A stretch of 64,000 nucleotides of DNA from Eledone cirrhosa (Eukaryota): positions 30,690,001-30,754,000 of the forward strand of contig OZ024748.1 in NCBI GenBank assembly GCA_964016885.1. Reading direction: 5' to 3'. This document shows positions 12,907-25,251 of this stretch, in pieces. Position 1 is the stretch's first letter; each line of letters opens with the position of its first letter. Position numbers and translations under genes: made by a program. The notes under the pieces were generated by a model. It was given only the letters and a program-made list of their open reading frames with translations, was not told the DNA's origin and did no database searches.

Positions 12907-13003
12907 GGAAGGTCGTGCTGCTTTGGTCACGTCTTTTGGTTGTTTTAAATATATGGCCCTCTACAGCATCATCCAGTTTGTATCAGTCCTCATCCTTTAT
13001 ACT
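12907..13003 (+). CDS. ATP13A: P5B ATPase exon ([32 protein letters not shown])
   Basis: Diagnostic P5[19 protein letters not shown] motif (TM5). Confidence 0.97.
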
Positions 13004-13250
13004 GTGAGTATCTATTACTTTTATCTCCACCTCCCTCTACGTATACATCTGTTTACCCATCTCTCAACCTGTCTAGCTGCCTGTCTGTCAATGTGTGTGT
13101 GTACCATATCCCTGTACCTTTGTGTATATAAATGTATATATATTATATAATGTGTCTGTGTGTAGCATATTCCTATACCTTCATGTATATTATATATATA
13201 TACACACACACAGAGTGAGAGAGTGTGTAGAATGTTGCTGTAGCCGCATG

Positions 13251-13298
<48 letters not shown>

Positions 13299-13304
<6 letters not shown>

Positions 13305-14052
13305 GACGTAAAATAAGAAAATTTTAAAAATTAAAAATTAACTTACTTACTAAAATTTTCACTCCAACTAATTAGTTTCTGTAATGGGATAAATATAGTT
13401 ACACAATATAACTATCGAGAATTCATTACGTCATCAGGGAGTCTATTCTCAGCTAAGTTCCCAGGCAATGCGCGGACACTAGGAACCCATATAAAAATAA
13501 TAATTCAGTGGATGTAATAAGCTAGCGAGGACTAAATTCCATAGCACTGAAAAAGTTCACTGCCTCTGGTCAATGGCAGATTCTAAAGAATCAATCACGT
13601 GACACTGAGGTTAGTCAGTTAGGAGTGGGGTGGTATTATGACAAGAGCCTACTATGAATTAGCAGTAGACTTGGCAAGTTTGCTCAACAAATAATTTGGA
13701 GATAAATATAGAGAATTAGTACATCTCAACATATGCGTACAGATGTACACTAATGCTAGCAAATATATAAGTTATGTCAAAGTACCTAGGTGGTTCTATG
13801 CAGGGGGATGCAGAACAATTATATGAAAGACGTAAAATAAGAAAATTTTAAAAATTAAAAATTAACTTACTAAAATTTTCACTCCTATGGCAGTTGTTTA
13901 GGAGTGAAAATTTTAGTAAGTAAGTTAATTTTTAAAATTTTCTTATTTTACGTCTTTCATATCCCCTGCATAGAACCACCTAGGTACTTTGACATAACTT
14001 ATATATTTGCTAGCATTAGTGTACATCTGTACGCATATGTTGGTAGATGTAC

Positions 14053-14056
<4 letters not shown>
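13299..14056 (-). mobile_element. Non-coding HHR-bearing element with direct plus inverted terminal repeats (retrozyme / Penelope pLTR-like)
   Basis: Direct repeat at 13299-13365 and 13821-13885, inverted copy at 13901-14056, and (TA)n on both flanks. Confidence 0.75.
13361..13442 (-). ncRNA. Type I hammerhead ribozyme motif
   Basis: actcc-CTGATGA-c-gtaatg...cattac-a-GAAAC-TAATTA-GTT-ggagt. Stem III and its loop are palindromic. Confidence 0.75.
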
Positions 14057-14115
<59 letters not shown>

Positions 14116-14177
14116 GTATAATGGTAGCTATGGTGCCAAAATTATCACTCAATATTCATAGAGTAGAGTGTGGATAG

Positions 14178-15192
14178 TATAAAAAAACGAAAAATCAGTG
14201 ATGCATCTGAACCCAGTTTATTGCGTGTTACAATTGTTTCGCCGGCAGGTAGCTCGAGACATGATCACTGCATGGATCTGGCTGATTCTACGGCTGCAGG
14301 TTCCTTCGGAGCAAATTTTCTCACTGGGGTGTTATCATCAAAAGAACACCTTCAAAAAACATCTTCCACTCCTGTCATGCCATTCGCTGTTCCCATTCCA
14401 CGTCATATTAAGTTCTGGTCACTATTTACTGATACACGGGTCATCAGCCATTTTCCGTCCGACACACTTCAATGGAGTCATGCTGGGTTCGGTATCTCAC
14501 ATGTCTGTTCACACTCTAGAGTATGTACCCACACATACACACCCACACATATACACGCACATGTGTAGACACACATACCCTCATGCACATATACACACGC
14601 ACACACTCTCCCTCTCTTCCACAAACCCAGGCATACCGACCGCCACAAGCCTATTAGCGCCTGCCTGAACCGCGCCATACATCCGGTCCCACATGCACGC
14701 AAACGCGTACACATGCGGAGACAGACACGTCTGTATACACACACGTATATATACACCCGTATACAAACACATAGACAAACCCTGTCCTATGTGGGCGTAC
14801 GTACGCGCCCACACACACACCCACACTGACAGATACTCACACCATATATATATATATATATGTGTGGGTGTGTATGTGTGGGTACATACTCTGGAGTGTG
14901 AACAGATGTGTGAGATACCGAACCCACCAAACCTCCATTGAAGTGTGTCAGACTGAAAATGGTTGATGACCCGTGTATCAGTAAATAGTGACCAGGAGTG
15001 GAGTGGAAGATGTTTTTTGAAGGTGATCTTTTGATGATAACACCCCAGTGAGAAAATTTGCTCCGAAGGAACCTGCAGCCATAGAATCAGCCAGATCCAT
15101 GCAGTGATCATGTCTAGAGCTACCTGCCGGCGAAACAATTGTAACACGCAATAAACTGGGTTCAGATGCATCACTGATTTTTCGTTTTTTTA
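14178..15192. repeat. Large fold-back element (arms about 14178-14550 and 14860-15192)
   Basis: The arms are near-identical inverted copies. Each ends in GAAAC-AATT-GTA...AATAAA like a Penelope tail. Confidence 0.85.
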
Positions 15193-15332
15193 TATATATA
15201 TATATATGTAGATAAATCTACCAAAATATACGGTAGTATCCAATCCGTATGAAGAACTCAATGTAATCCAAATATCATGAAAAGAGAAGATGCATTCAAA
15301 AATTGTCGATGAAAACAGAGTCAAGATAAATT

Positions 15333-15610
15333 AATAAAAACAAAGAACAAGTTCCTTATATTAAAAAATTCATCATTTTATGATCGTTTCTAGTATGTGT
15401 ATCATATAGATCTATGTAAAAATATTACAAATTATCAGAGGAAATATACATACCTTCACATATACTGAAGACAGCATGTATATGTGAAGGTATGTATATT
15501 TCCTCTGATAATTTGTAATATTTTTACATAGATCTATATGATATACATACTAGAAACGATCGTAAAATGATGAATTTTTTAATATAAGGAACTTGTTCTT
15601 TGTTTTTATT
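15333..15610. repeat. Near-perfect palindrome (arms about 133 bp) with an HHR core at its apex
   Basis: The arms are reverse complements. CTGAAGA lies at 15465, stem II is agcatgtatat/atatacatact, and GAAAC-GATC-GTA lies at 15553-15564. Confidence 0.85.
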
Positions 15611-15624
15611 TCATTGTTTTTATT

Positions 15625-15628
15625 AATT

Positions 15629-15660
<32 letters not shown>

Positions 15661-15860
15661 TAGCATATTCCTGTACCCTCATGTATATTATATATATATA
15701 TATATAGAGAGAGAGAGATAGCATATTCCTGTACCCTCATGTATATTATATATATATATAGAGAGAGAGAGAGAGATAGCATATCCTGTACCCCCATGTA
15801 TATTATATATATATATATAGAGAGAGAGAAGGAGATACCATATTCCTGTACCCTCATGCC
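15625..15860. repeat. Compound tandem repeat of about 60 bp containing (AT)n(AG)n
   Basis: gatagcatattcctgtaccctcatgtatatt x4. A further copy lies near 13163. Confidence 0.85.
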
Positions 15861-15908
15861 CTATATTCATCTAGACATCTTCAACAAGTATCACCATTTA
15901 TCTTTCAG

Positions 15909-15981
15909 TTTGCAGTCAATCTGGCAGATTTCCAATTCCTTTACATTGATTTGGTCATCACAACTTCAGTTGCTGTCCTCA
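15909..15981 (+). CDS. ATP13A: P5B ATPase exon (FAVNLADFQFLYIDLVITTSVAVL)
   Basis: NLxDFQFLYIDL TM6 motif with AG/GT sites. Confidence 0.95.
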
Positions 15982-16154
15982 GTAAGTTATACAACATTGC
16001 TATTGTCATCCTCATCACTATCATCACCATTTTACTGCTGCTTTTCTGTGTGATGAATACATCATCATCACCTTTTAATGTTCATTTTCCACACTAGCAT
16101 GAGTTAGACATGTCCAATTGTGAGACAAGTCAGATCCGGTGACTGTCCTACTTA

Positions 16155-16555
16155 TCATCATCATTATCATTATGATCATGATCATTTTACGTCCGCTTTT
16201 CCCTGCTTGCAAGGGTGGGACGGGAACTGATTCTGGCTTGATTTCTACAGCTGGATGCCCTTCCTAACACCAACCTCATTTACAGTGAGTGCTGGGTGCT
16301 TTTTTTCCGTGGCGCCTACACGTCCACTTTACAGTGTGGGCTGGGTGCTTTTTTGCCATAGCACCTCCACGACCACTTTACAGTGGAATGATAGGGACCC
16401 CAGTCCTACCATCTCATTTCTACAGCTGAGTAAACTGGAGCAATGTGAAATAAAGTGTCTTGCTCAAGGAAACAACACATCACCCGGTCTGAGAATTGAA
16501 CTCACAACCTTTCAATTGCAAGGCCAATGCTCTAATCACTAAGCCATGTGCCTCC
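16155..16555 (-). mobile_element. CORE/Meta-type SINE, full length
   Basis: Reverse-complement copy of 2671-3059. Confidence 0.88.
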
Positions 16556-17271
16556 ACATAACTGTCCACGGGTAAAAAGTGATTCTCTTGTATTCAATTC
16601 TACAACTTTGAAACTCTGACCCTGATGTTTATGTATAGTCATAGCAGAACTGGCTCTAACAGGAAACTGAAATCTTGAGAATTTGAATGGCAGCTCGGTA
16701 GAGGAAGGGATAAGAGGAATCTTGGGAATAAATGCACTTTCCCCTTAATGATTGCCTCCAAGAATAGTGACCTCTAGGAGATGGCTCATCATCCTCCTAG
16801 CTGTAAAGTGTGTGTCATTGCATAGATGTGACAGATGTCTCAAAAGAACGATGAGAGTTCCAATCTTTTATATTATAGATAGATATAGATAATTACATAT
16901 AAATGTGTGTGTGTAAACCAACATTCGAATCCATGGAGATGCTGGCTGTGAAACACAAGCCTCGCTGACAATGCAGAGGGAATCCCTTATGATTGTCTCT
17001 CAACCTGCTAGAAATAGCAGTCAGGTTGGTTAGAATACCCAGGGTGTTTTTCTTCTTTGTTGTTATGAAATGAGTATCAACAAACCTTTCTGTGTATACC
17101 CTTATTCCATTGGTGTACTTACTTTTCGATTGTCACTTTTCGTTTTTGTGTGATGTGTGAAGACAGCAACCACAAACATCTCTCACATGAATAAACATAA
17201 TGATGATACTTTGACACAACGTTATTATGTATATATGTGTATATAATTTGTATATGTATGTATAATTTCAG

Positions 17272-17422
17272 TGGGTTACACTAATTCCAATGACAAGTTA
17301 GCTGTGAAGAAACCTCCAGGAAGTCTCATCAAACTAACCAATATCTTCTCCATCATTACACAGATCCTCATAGCTATTTGTTTCCAAACTTCAGCATTTC
17401 TCTATCTACAGAATCAAACATG
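17272..17422 (+). CDS. ATP13A: P5B ATPase exon (MGYT...KKPPGSLI...FLYLQNQTW)
   Basis: PPGSL motif, TM7, and consistent phases. Confidence 0.93.
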
Positions 17423-18054
17423 GTAAATGAACTTCTTTGTATCCTTTGTATCTTTTAAAACATTTTTCCTATTGATATCACATTTTTTAACTCTTAACAT
17501 CCTGTACTACATGAAACTACATTAGCAAGATATTTTTGAAAAGTGCAAAACAGTCCTCTGACTGCATCACATGAACAATTAAAGCTTTAGTTTACCACAA
17601 ATTTCCAGAACGATCTGTCCACTAGTAAAGGTATTATAAACATTTGAATTAACAAATCACATGAAACTGCATTTGCAAGACATTCTAGAAATTACAAAAT
17701 ATCACTATGATCCACTAGAGTCCCTTAAATGCAGTGCCCCAGCATGGTCACTATCTAATGACTGAAACCAATAAAAGAATATAAAAATGTAGCTCCATAA
17801 ATGTTTGTTTTTTTTCTGTTGTAAGTGTAATCCTGTGAAGAAAGTAAAAAAAAAATAATAAATATAATTTCATAAAAAGCCTTAATCCTTTATTCTGTCT
17901 GTTGTAGGTATAAGAATAAAAAAGAATAATAAATTATTACCCCCTAAAAATCCTAATCCTTTATTCTGTCTGTTGCATTTTATAAAAGAATAATGGAATA
18001 TAACCGCCACCCCAACCCATAAAATGCTTTCATTTTCTATTCTGTCTGTTGTAG

Positions 18055-18203
18055 GTATAAACCTGTGAAGCAAGTCAGTTCTGACAATGTTGTCAAGTGT
18101 AATGAAACCACTGTTATCTTTTTAGTGTCATCCTTCCAGTATATTTTTGTAGCTTTTGCTTTCTCAAAAGGACCACCTCACCGAAAACAGTTTTATACAA
18201 ATA
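18055..18203 (+). CDS. ATP13A: P5B ATPase exon (YKP...[33 protein letters not shown])
   Basis: S.FQY...FSKGxP.R..YTN motif with AG/GT sites. Confidence 0.95.
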
Positions 18204-18293
18204 GTAAGTGGGTTTCTCTATGCAACAAATATCTTTTAACGCTTTAGCATTTACATTACTCTGTCAAATGTCGTGTCCTGATGATAAGGGGGG

Positions 18294-19190
18294 ATTCTAG
18301 AGAGAGCGAGAGCAAAGAGCCTTCCTGCTGTTATGGTTTTCATTGACTTCAGGAAGGCCTTTGATTCTGTGAAGATTTTACAGGCTTATGGAATCCCAAA
18401 GAAGATAGTGAACCTGATATCACTGTACTACACCAACACCAGAGCCTAAGTTATCACACGTGATGTAATTACGGAGTTCTTTGCGATACTGGCTGGAGTG
18501 CTCCAGGGAGATACATTGGCTCCCTACCTTTTCATCATCACAGTGAACTATTGTATGTGCCTTTCACTGGAGAAACACCGGGACTCGGGTTTCACTGTAA
18601 CACTGGCTCAGAGCAGGAGAGTTAAGGCTAAAAAGATATCAAATGCTGAATTTTCTGATGACATAAGGCAGAAGAGTTGATCAAGGAGTCAGAGATTATG
18701 AATGTGGATGGAAAGCCCCTAGAGCTGGTTGAAGACTTCCTGTATCTGAGAGCAAAGATTACGAACATGGAGGATGATGTAGTGGAGAGGAAGAGCAAAG
18801 CCTGGGCAGCGTGTCACAGTTTGAGGTCAGTGTGAAAGTTGGATCTTTGTAAAGACCAATAGTGGAGTCTGTGCTGCTGTACTGGTCTGAGACTTGGACC
18901 AAGAGGCTCATTCAGATGGTGGATGGGTGTTACACGGGGATACTGAGGATGAAGAACTCAGAGCTGTGTAGGAGCCTCCCAAAAGTCAGCTCAAGTGACA
19001 CAGAGGAGGCTGAGGTTAGCTGGACATGCTCAGTCATTTAGAGGTAGCACTACACTCAGTGGTCTTATGGGTGCCCCTACATGGACACACTGGAAGAAGG
19101 GCGCTAAGGATGATATGTTGATGCCCTAAGGACAGACACTAGTCTCTGGAGACGCAGGACATAGAGGTGATGATGAAGGACAAGGAACAG
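18294..19190 (+). mobile_element. Decayed RTE fragment, sister copy of 4370-5420
   Basis: GVLQGDTLAPYLF motif, with long near-identical stretches shared with the first copy. Confidence 0.9.
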
Positions 19191-19549
19191 CCTAATATAT
19201 ATATATATATATGTATATATACACACACACACATACAGACAGTCATTAGGACATTGGATAGAATGCTTTGCTTTATTCTTTCCAACTCTCTGATCTCAAA
19301 TCAAATCTCGTTGAGTTCAACTGTCTTTCATCCTTTCGAGGTCTATGAAAGAAAATCCCAGTTATGTACTGAGGTCGATTCTTTGTCTATATTTCTTTCA
19401 TACTTCTCTCTCTTATAGAAAAAAAATCAGGTGTGTTCAGACCTAGAGAAGAGATGAGCTCTTCCAGGTTTAAATTGCTGTATGTCTCTATGGCAGTCCC
19501 CCTAGGACTCCATAAGGAGTTGCAGACATTTATATATATATGTAAAATG

Positions 19550-19852
19550 TGAGTACACAAGAGATGTAGTGGGATCTCAGGAAGTTTAGCTAAGAATGTA
19601 GGCTTTACGTGTGGCAGTTGCACTGGAACAGTAAGCAGGAAACAAGCGTTACCAAATTCTCAGAAGGCTCTGTAGAAACAGTAGATAGCTTCTGCTACTT
19701 AGGTGATCGAATTAGCAGCAGTGGTGGGTGTTCTGAAAGTACAGTAGCCAGAGTAAGAGCGAGATGGAGGAAGTTCAGGGAGGTACTACCACTGCTGGCT
19801 ACAAAAGGCTTCTCCCTCAGAATGAAAGGCAGACGATTTGATGTGTGCGTAC
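19550..19852 (+). mobile_element. RTE LINE fragment
   Basis: VDSFCYLGD...ARVRARWRKFREVLPLL. Confidence 0.85.
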
Positions 19853-20249
19853 GTACACCTGACATCAGTGATGTCTTCAAGAAACTCGATGAGTTGATCA
19901 CAGCAGCTCGAGTTAGGGATAAATCCAAATTGCGAGGGCCGGATAAGACTTACAGTACTACCACCATTATATATATATATATAGATAGATGTGTGTGTCT
20001 GTGACTGGGATTGTATATTAAATCATATGAAATGTTCATAGAAATAAACATTTTTATAACTTCACTAGAAGCAGTGATTAACCATCACTGGTCTTTAGTA
20101 ACTAAGCAAGGGAGAGCACTCTAATGGTGCCGTTTCTGGTTCATCAACGAGGCTAACTCCTTCTTCTCATATATACACCATATGCATACATAGGTTACTA
20201 ATACCACCACTATTACTATATATAAATATTACTCTCTCTCTATTTACAG

Positions 20250-20338
20250 TACCATATACATGTGTTACAATACTACTTGTGGCTTTCACACTATTTCTTC
20301 TGCTTCATCCATTTTCATTTCTGGCTGACTTCTTCCAG
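20250..20338 (+). CDS. ATP13A: P5B ATPase exon (IPYTCVTILLVAFTLFLLLHPFSFLADFFQ)
   Basis: Hydrophobic TM9 with matching phase and AG/GT sites. Confidence 0.88.
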
Positions 20339-20535
20339 GTATGATATTGTCTTTATATCTCTATTATTAATACTGTTATTGTTTTTTGTATTTATAGTTT
20401 ATGATATCTGAAATATAACAATATTTGATGTGTTACAACATTAGCTGATATAGTGTATTATATTTACTGATACAGCCTATCACATTAGCTGATATATCAA
20501 CTAACTCCTCTCCATTTCTCTTTCTCTCTGATTAG

Positions 20536-20620
20536 ATGGTCACATTTGAAGATACTTACTTCAAAAAACATCCTTTTGCTGATTGTGGCATGTAATGCTG
20601 TTAGTTGTTTATTTATTGAG
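20536..20620 (+). CDS. ATP13A: P5B ATPase exon (TM10) with an apparent +1 frameshift
   Basis: The exon is 85 nt. Removing one A from the A6 run at 20563-20568 gives MVTFEDTYFKNILLLIVACNAVSCLFIE|GTAAGT. Confidence 0.8.
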
Positions 20621-21590
20621 GTAAGTGGCATTGGCTTTGGTAAAACTGATCTATCACTGAGATTACACATACACATGGCAATGAATATAGTGGTCCACCT
20701 GCTAGAAACAACTGCCAAACCTTATGTTATCAAATGAATTTTTAATTACTTAGGAACAAATCTCCCCACAAATCACACCCCCTATCTTAGCAGTAGACAT
20801 GGCCAAATAGTTAGAGTTAGCTTCACAATCATTAGGTCCCAGGTTCAAACCCACTGTATGGTATCTTAGGCAAATATCATTTACCATAGTCTTGGGTCAA
20901 CCCATGCCTTGTGAGTGAAATTGGGTAGACAGAAGCAATTCAATGGGCAAGACTTAGCATACACTGTGTCATGCTGAATTTCCTCAAGAAATACATTAAA
21001 GGTATATGTGTCCTGTCATCCAGCTGTAAAACATTTCCTCAGACCATTTCGTCCAAATCCATGGTAGCATAGAAAAGGACGTAAAAATGATGATGATGAA
21101 TCATGGAAAATTGAGGAAAGAAATAGTCCCTATTTTGGGGTTTTTATTAATTTTTATTTATATTCTTATTTCAGTTTATAAAATGGTTTTGAGGGATTTC
21201 AAAAATGATTTGGCTAGTCTTAGCAGGGCAATCAATGTCCTAATGGATATTGAAAAATTAAAAAAAACATTTTAAATTTAAATTATTGAATATTAATAAT
21301 TTTCTTTTTTTAATATGGTATTATTATAGAACGGCTCTTCTCAATTTTCAGTGGGAAATAATATTTTTTCCTCAGTTTTTTTTCATGTACTATCAACTTT
21401 TTTTCTTGGTGTTTTCTCTACCATGTTATCAATGAATACAACCTCTAAAGAAGTTAGAAATGACTGGCTTTAAAGAAAAATATAGATCAGTTGGTAACGC
21501 ACGATAAAAAACAACTGAAATGAAGAGGCTGTTCTTCTATAAATTTACCAAAACTATTTTATATTATAAAAATACTAATTTTATTTGCAG

Positions 21591-21790
21591 TTTATATTTG
21601 TTGATTTCAATATCATATCTCGTTTGCGGAAAAAGTGTAACTGGCGGAAGAGAAAAGTAAAAACTACATAAGAAAACTGGATCGGCAGCTGCTACGAATG
21701 TATGAATGGCCACCAATTGGTAAACACTACATATGCATCAGAATTCCTGGCCCTGTGGCAGCAATGGTGTTACTAACAATGACTTAGAAA
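21591..21790 (+). CDS. ATP13A: Probable terminal exon of the P5B ATPase (frame uncertain)
   Basis: ttttatttgcAG acceptor, basic stretch RLRKKCNWRKRK, and a WPP motif at 21707 in a shifted frame. Confidence 0.65.
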
Positions 21791-21913
21791 AATTCAATGG
21801 ACACATCGATAGAGATGAGCAGATGACAAATAATAATAATCATGCTGCTTCCTCTCTTATCAAAGTACATTTCGTCTCCTTAACTCTTTCTACAGTAGAT
21901 CTGTCTCTCACTC

Positions 21914-21950
<37 letters not shown>

Positions 21951-22695
21951 AATAGTAGTAAGATACATACACAGATGCATAAGTATGTGTGTGTGTATGG
22001 TGTCATGCCTTGACCAGTTTTGGTTCAATGGCCTAAAGAAACTGCAATCAGAACTTTGAAGAAAAAAATAGGTACATTTTTGTCTATTCTTTCCTCGCAT
22101 TTATAATTTTATACATATATATATATTATAATAAATACATGTGTGAACTTAAAATGATTCTCTCAACTATTATTATGGTCATTTGCATTGGAACACACAC
22201 ATTTAAAAATTTTCTGAATGCTTCTGGAATCAGCTTACTTTATATATATATATGTGTTAGGAAAGGCATCCAGCTGTAGGAAATCACGCCAAAATCAGTT
22301 TCCTGTATGAGCAAGGACAAGGTCACCTGACTGGGCACTGCCCACAATAGGACAACCCGTCTAAACCCATGCTAGCATGGAAGGAATGGATGTAAAAACG
22401 ATGATGAGTGTGTGCATGTGTCTGTGTGTAATCTCTTAGTCAGCAATAAATTTACAGCTCTTTAGTCTTTAGCTGTGTATAGAAAAAAGAACAAACATCT
22501 ATATACTTATGTGTATACATGCCTACACACACACTCACTCACTTACAAACACACATAAATGGACTTTTAAATTTTGATTGGGCCAATCTGAAAATGGAAT
22601 ATTTTTCTTATACTGATAATATATATTTTTTAGAATATTTTTTGCGGGTTGTGTATGTGTATGAATATTTACATATAAATATGTATGTATACATG

Positions 22696-22733
<38 letters not shown>

Positions 22734-23209
22734 AACATATGTTTTAGAAAATGGCGAGCGGAATTTGAAAATTGAATTAGATTTTGCCATAATTTTGAAT
22801 GAATAAAATAGTCTTATTAGACTATTTAGTCTAAGTCAATATATACATATAGATAGATATTTGTATGTATATATACATGTTTATATAGAAGTACATGTAA
22901 TGTGTAACATATGCATAGAAAATTAGGAAATATGGATAAATATTGGATGAAATTGTTGTTGTTTTTTCTCCATTGTGGGTAAAAAATATGAATAAATCTT
23001 TTACCTGGAATCAATTTGTAAATAAAATACATCCTACCATTTTGTCTTGGATTCTTCTGTTAGTTTTTATTAACTTGTGCATTAATATATATATTATATT
23101 TATATCTATCCCTCTCTATATATACTATATTTATATCTATCCCTCTCTATATATACTATATCGATATATATATATTTAATGATGATCATACATATATATA
23201 CATATTACT

Positions 23210-24150
23210 GAATGAGGAGATTGTATGGGAGAAAGAGACCAAACCCCATTGAGAGCCTAGCAGTGTAGTTAGTAAGGCAATTAAGGATATGAAGGCTGGG
23301 AAAGCAGCTGGTCATCAGGAATAGTTGCTGAGATGCTGAAAACATCTGGGTCAAGTAATACTAGATGCATCATACCATATGAGTGGTGCAGCATCATCAT
23401 TGTCAACTGCTATAAGGGTAAAGGGGATGCTCTAGATAGAGGTAACTATAGAGGTATAAAAATGATGGACCAGGTAATGAAAGTAACAGAAAGAGTCATA
23501 GCACAGTTGATTAGTGACAGGGTAAATCTAGATGAGATGCAGTTTAGATTTGTGCCAAAGCAAAAGCACCACTGATGCCCCCTTCTTTGTGAGGCAGTTA
23601 CAGGAAAAGTACCTAACTAAAAGTGAACTGTTCTATCTGGCATTTGTCGATTTGGAAAAAGCCTTCGAATGTGTGCCCCATGCCATAATCTGGTGGGCTC
23701 TTAGAAAACTAGGAGTAGATGAGTGGCTTGTGAAGGCTGTACAAGCCATGTATAGGGAAGCAATCAGCAAAGTTAGGGTTAACAATGACTATAGCGAGGA
23801 ATTTAGCATACAGGTTGGCATCCACCACAGTTCTGTTCTTAGCCCGCTCCTGTTTATTATCATTTTGCAGGCTATAAACAGGAGTTTATGGGAACTTCTG
23901 TACGTGGATGATCTTACACTCATAGCTGAATCCATGGTGGAACTAGAAAAGAAGTTCCAAATGTGGAAGCAGGGCCTAGAAAGAAGGGGTCTTAAAGTCA
24001 ACCACACAAAGACTAAGGTCCTAGTAAGTAGACGAGATAACAGAACCCAAGTGGCCTTGTCCAGTATATAGGAAAGGTATTGGTAGAAATTCCATCCTCT
24101 GCCCCATATGCAAAATGTTGTTACACAAGAGATGTAGCGGGATCTCAGGA
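23210..24150 (+). mobile_element. Decayed RTE LINE RT
   Basis: YKGKGDA..RGNYRGIK, FVDLEKAF and LYVDDL motifs. Confidence 0.92.
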
Positions 24151-25251
24151 AGTTTCTTTCATACTTCTCTCTCTTATAGAAAAAAAAATCAGGTGTGTTC
24201 AAACCTAGAGAGATGATGAGCTCTTCCAGGTTTAAAGTGATGTATGTCTCTACGGCAGTGACCCTAGGACTCCATAAGGAGTTGCAGACCCATACAGACA
24301 TGAAGATGGATGTTAATCGATGATGACAGAAATATATACACTGTGTTTCAAATTATTAATGATGTAACATTTTTCTTTTATTATATTTTTAAAATACTTG
24401 TTGGAATTCAACAAAATTTTCACAGAATGGTGGCAACAGTTACATGCATGGGGTGTGTAAGAATTGTGAGGTTCCGTAAAACAACGCCAAGCTAAAACAT
24501 TTTTCTATTTTCCAAGGTGGGCAGTGGGGTCGTGATGATGATGTGGTGATGGCTACTGGTTTGTGAAGCGTGGAAATATATGTAAAATGTAGAAATGGAC
24601 ATCATGTTTGTGTGTGTAAAAATAAATAAGAGCTCAGCTTGTCTCACATAGAGATCTAGGTGAATCAATTGGAGATGGTTTCTTCTGATAGGACTTGCTG
24701 GAAGGAGTGTTTCAGGACTCTGTCCTTACAACCCTCTCAAGAATAAGTAGGAGAAAAAGAAGGAATTTAGGGATGGTTCGGTGTTATTGAAGAGTTAAGA
24801 AAAATAGGGAAGGCAGGAACAAATTTAAGGGTAAAAGTTCTTGGCACCATCTGAAAAGATAAACAAACAATTATATGTTAGTATATTTGCTTAAAAATCA
24901 AACAATTCATTAGAAATGTGATTTTTAAAATGTACTCCCTTTAAAGACCGCCCCTCCTTGAGATCACCTCATTCTATCATCCATAACCAACTTATTTAAA
25001 CGTATTTAAAGAACATATGTTTAGAAAGCAGTAAGAGTTTGATAATTGAATTAGAAGACTTTATTGTAACTTTGACTAATTAAAATAGTCTAATAATAAC
25101 AGGTTTATACACCCTGTTATTCATGATCATCATCATCATCATTTAATGTCCATTTTGCATGCTAGCATGGGTTAGTTTGACTATTTTATTTAGATTTTGC
25201 CGTAACTTTGACTAATTCCATTTTTAGTATCTAAATTTAAAACTTCCTATC

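Noticed and set aside
14198-15174. Pair of near-identical ORFs starting MMHLNPVYC
   Set aside because: They are a by-product of the inverted repeat and have no recognisable domain.
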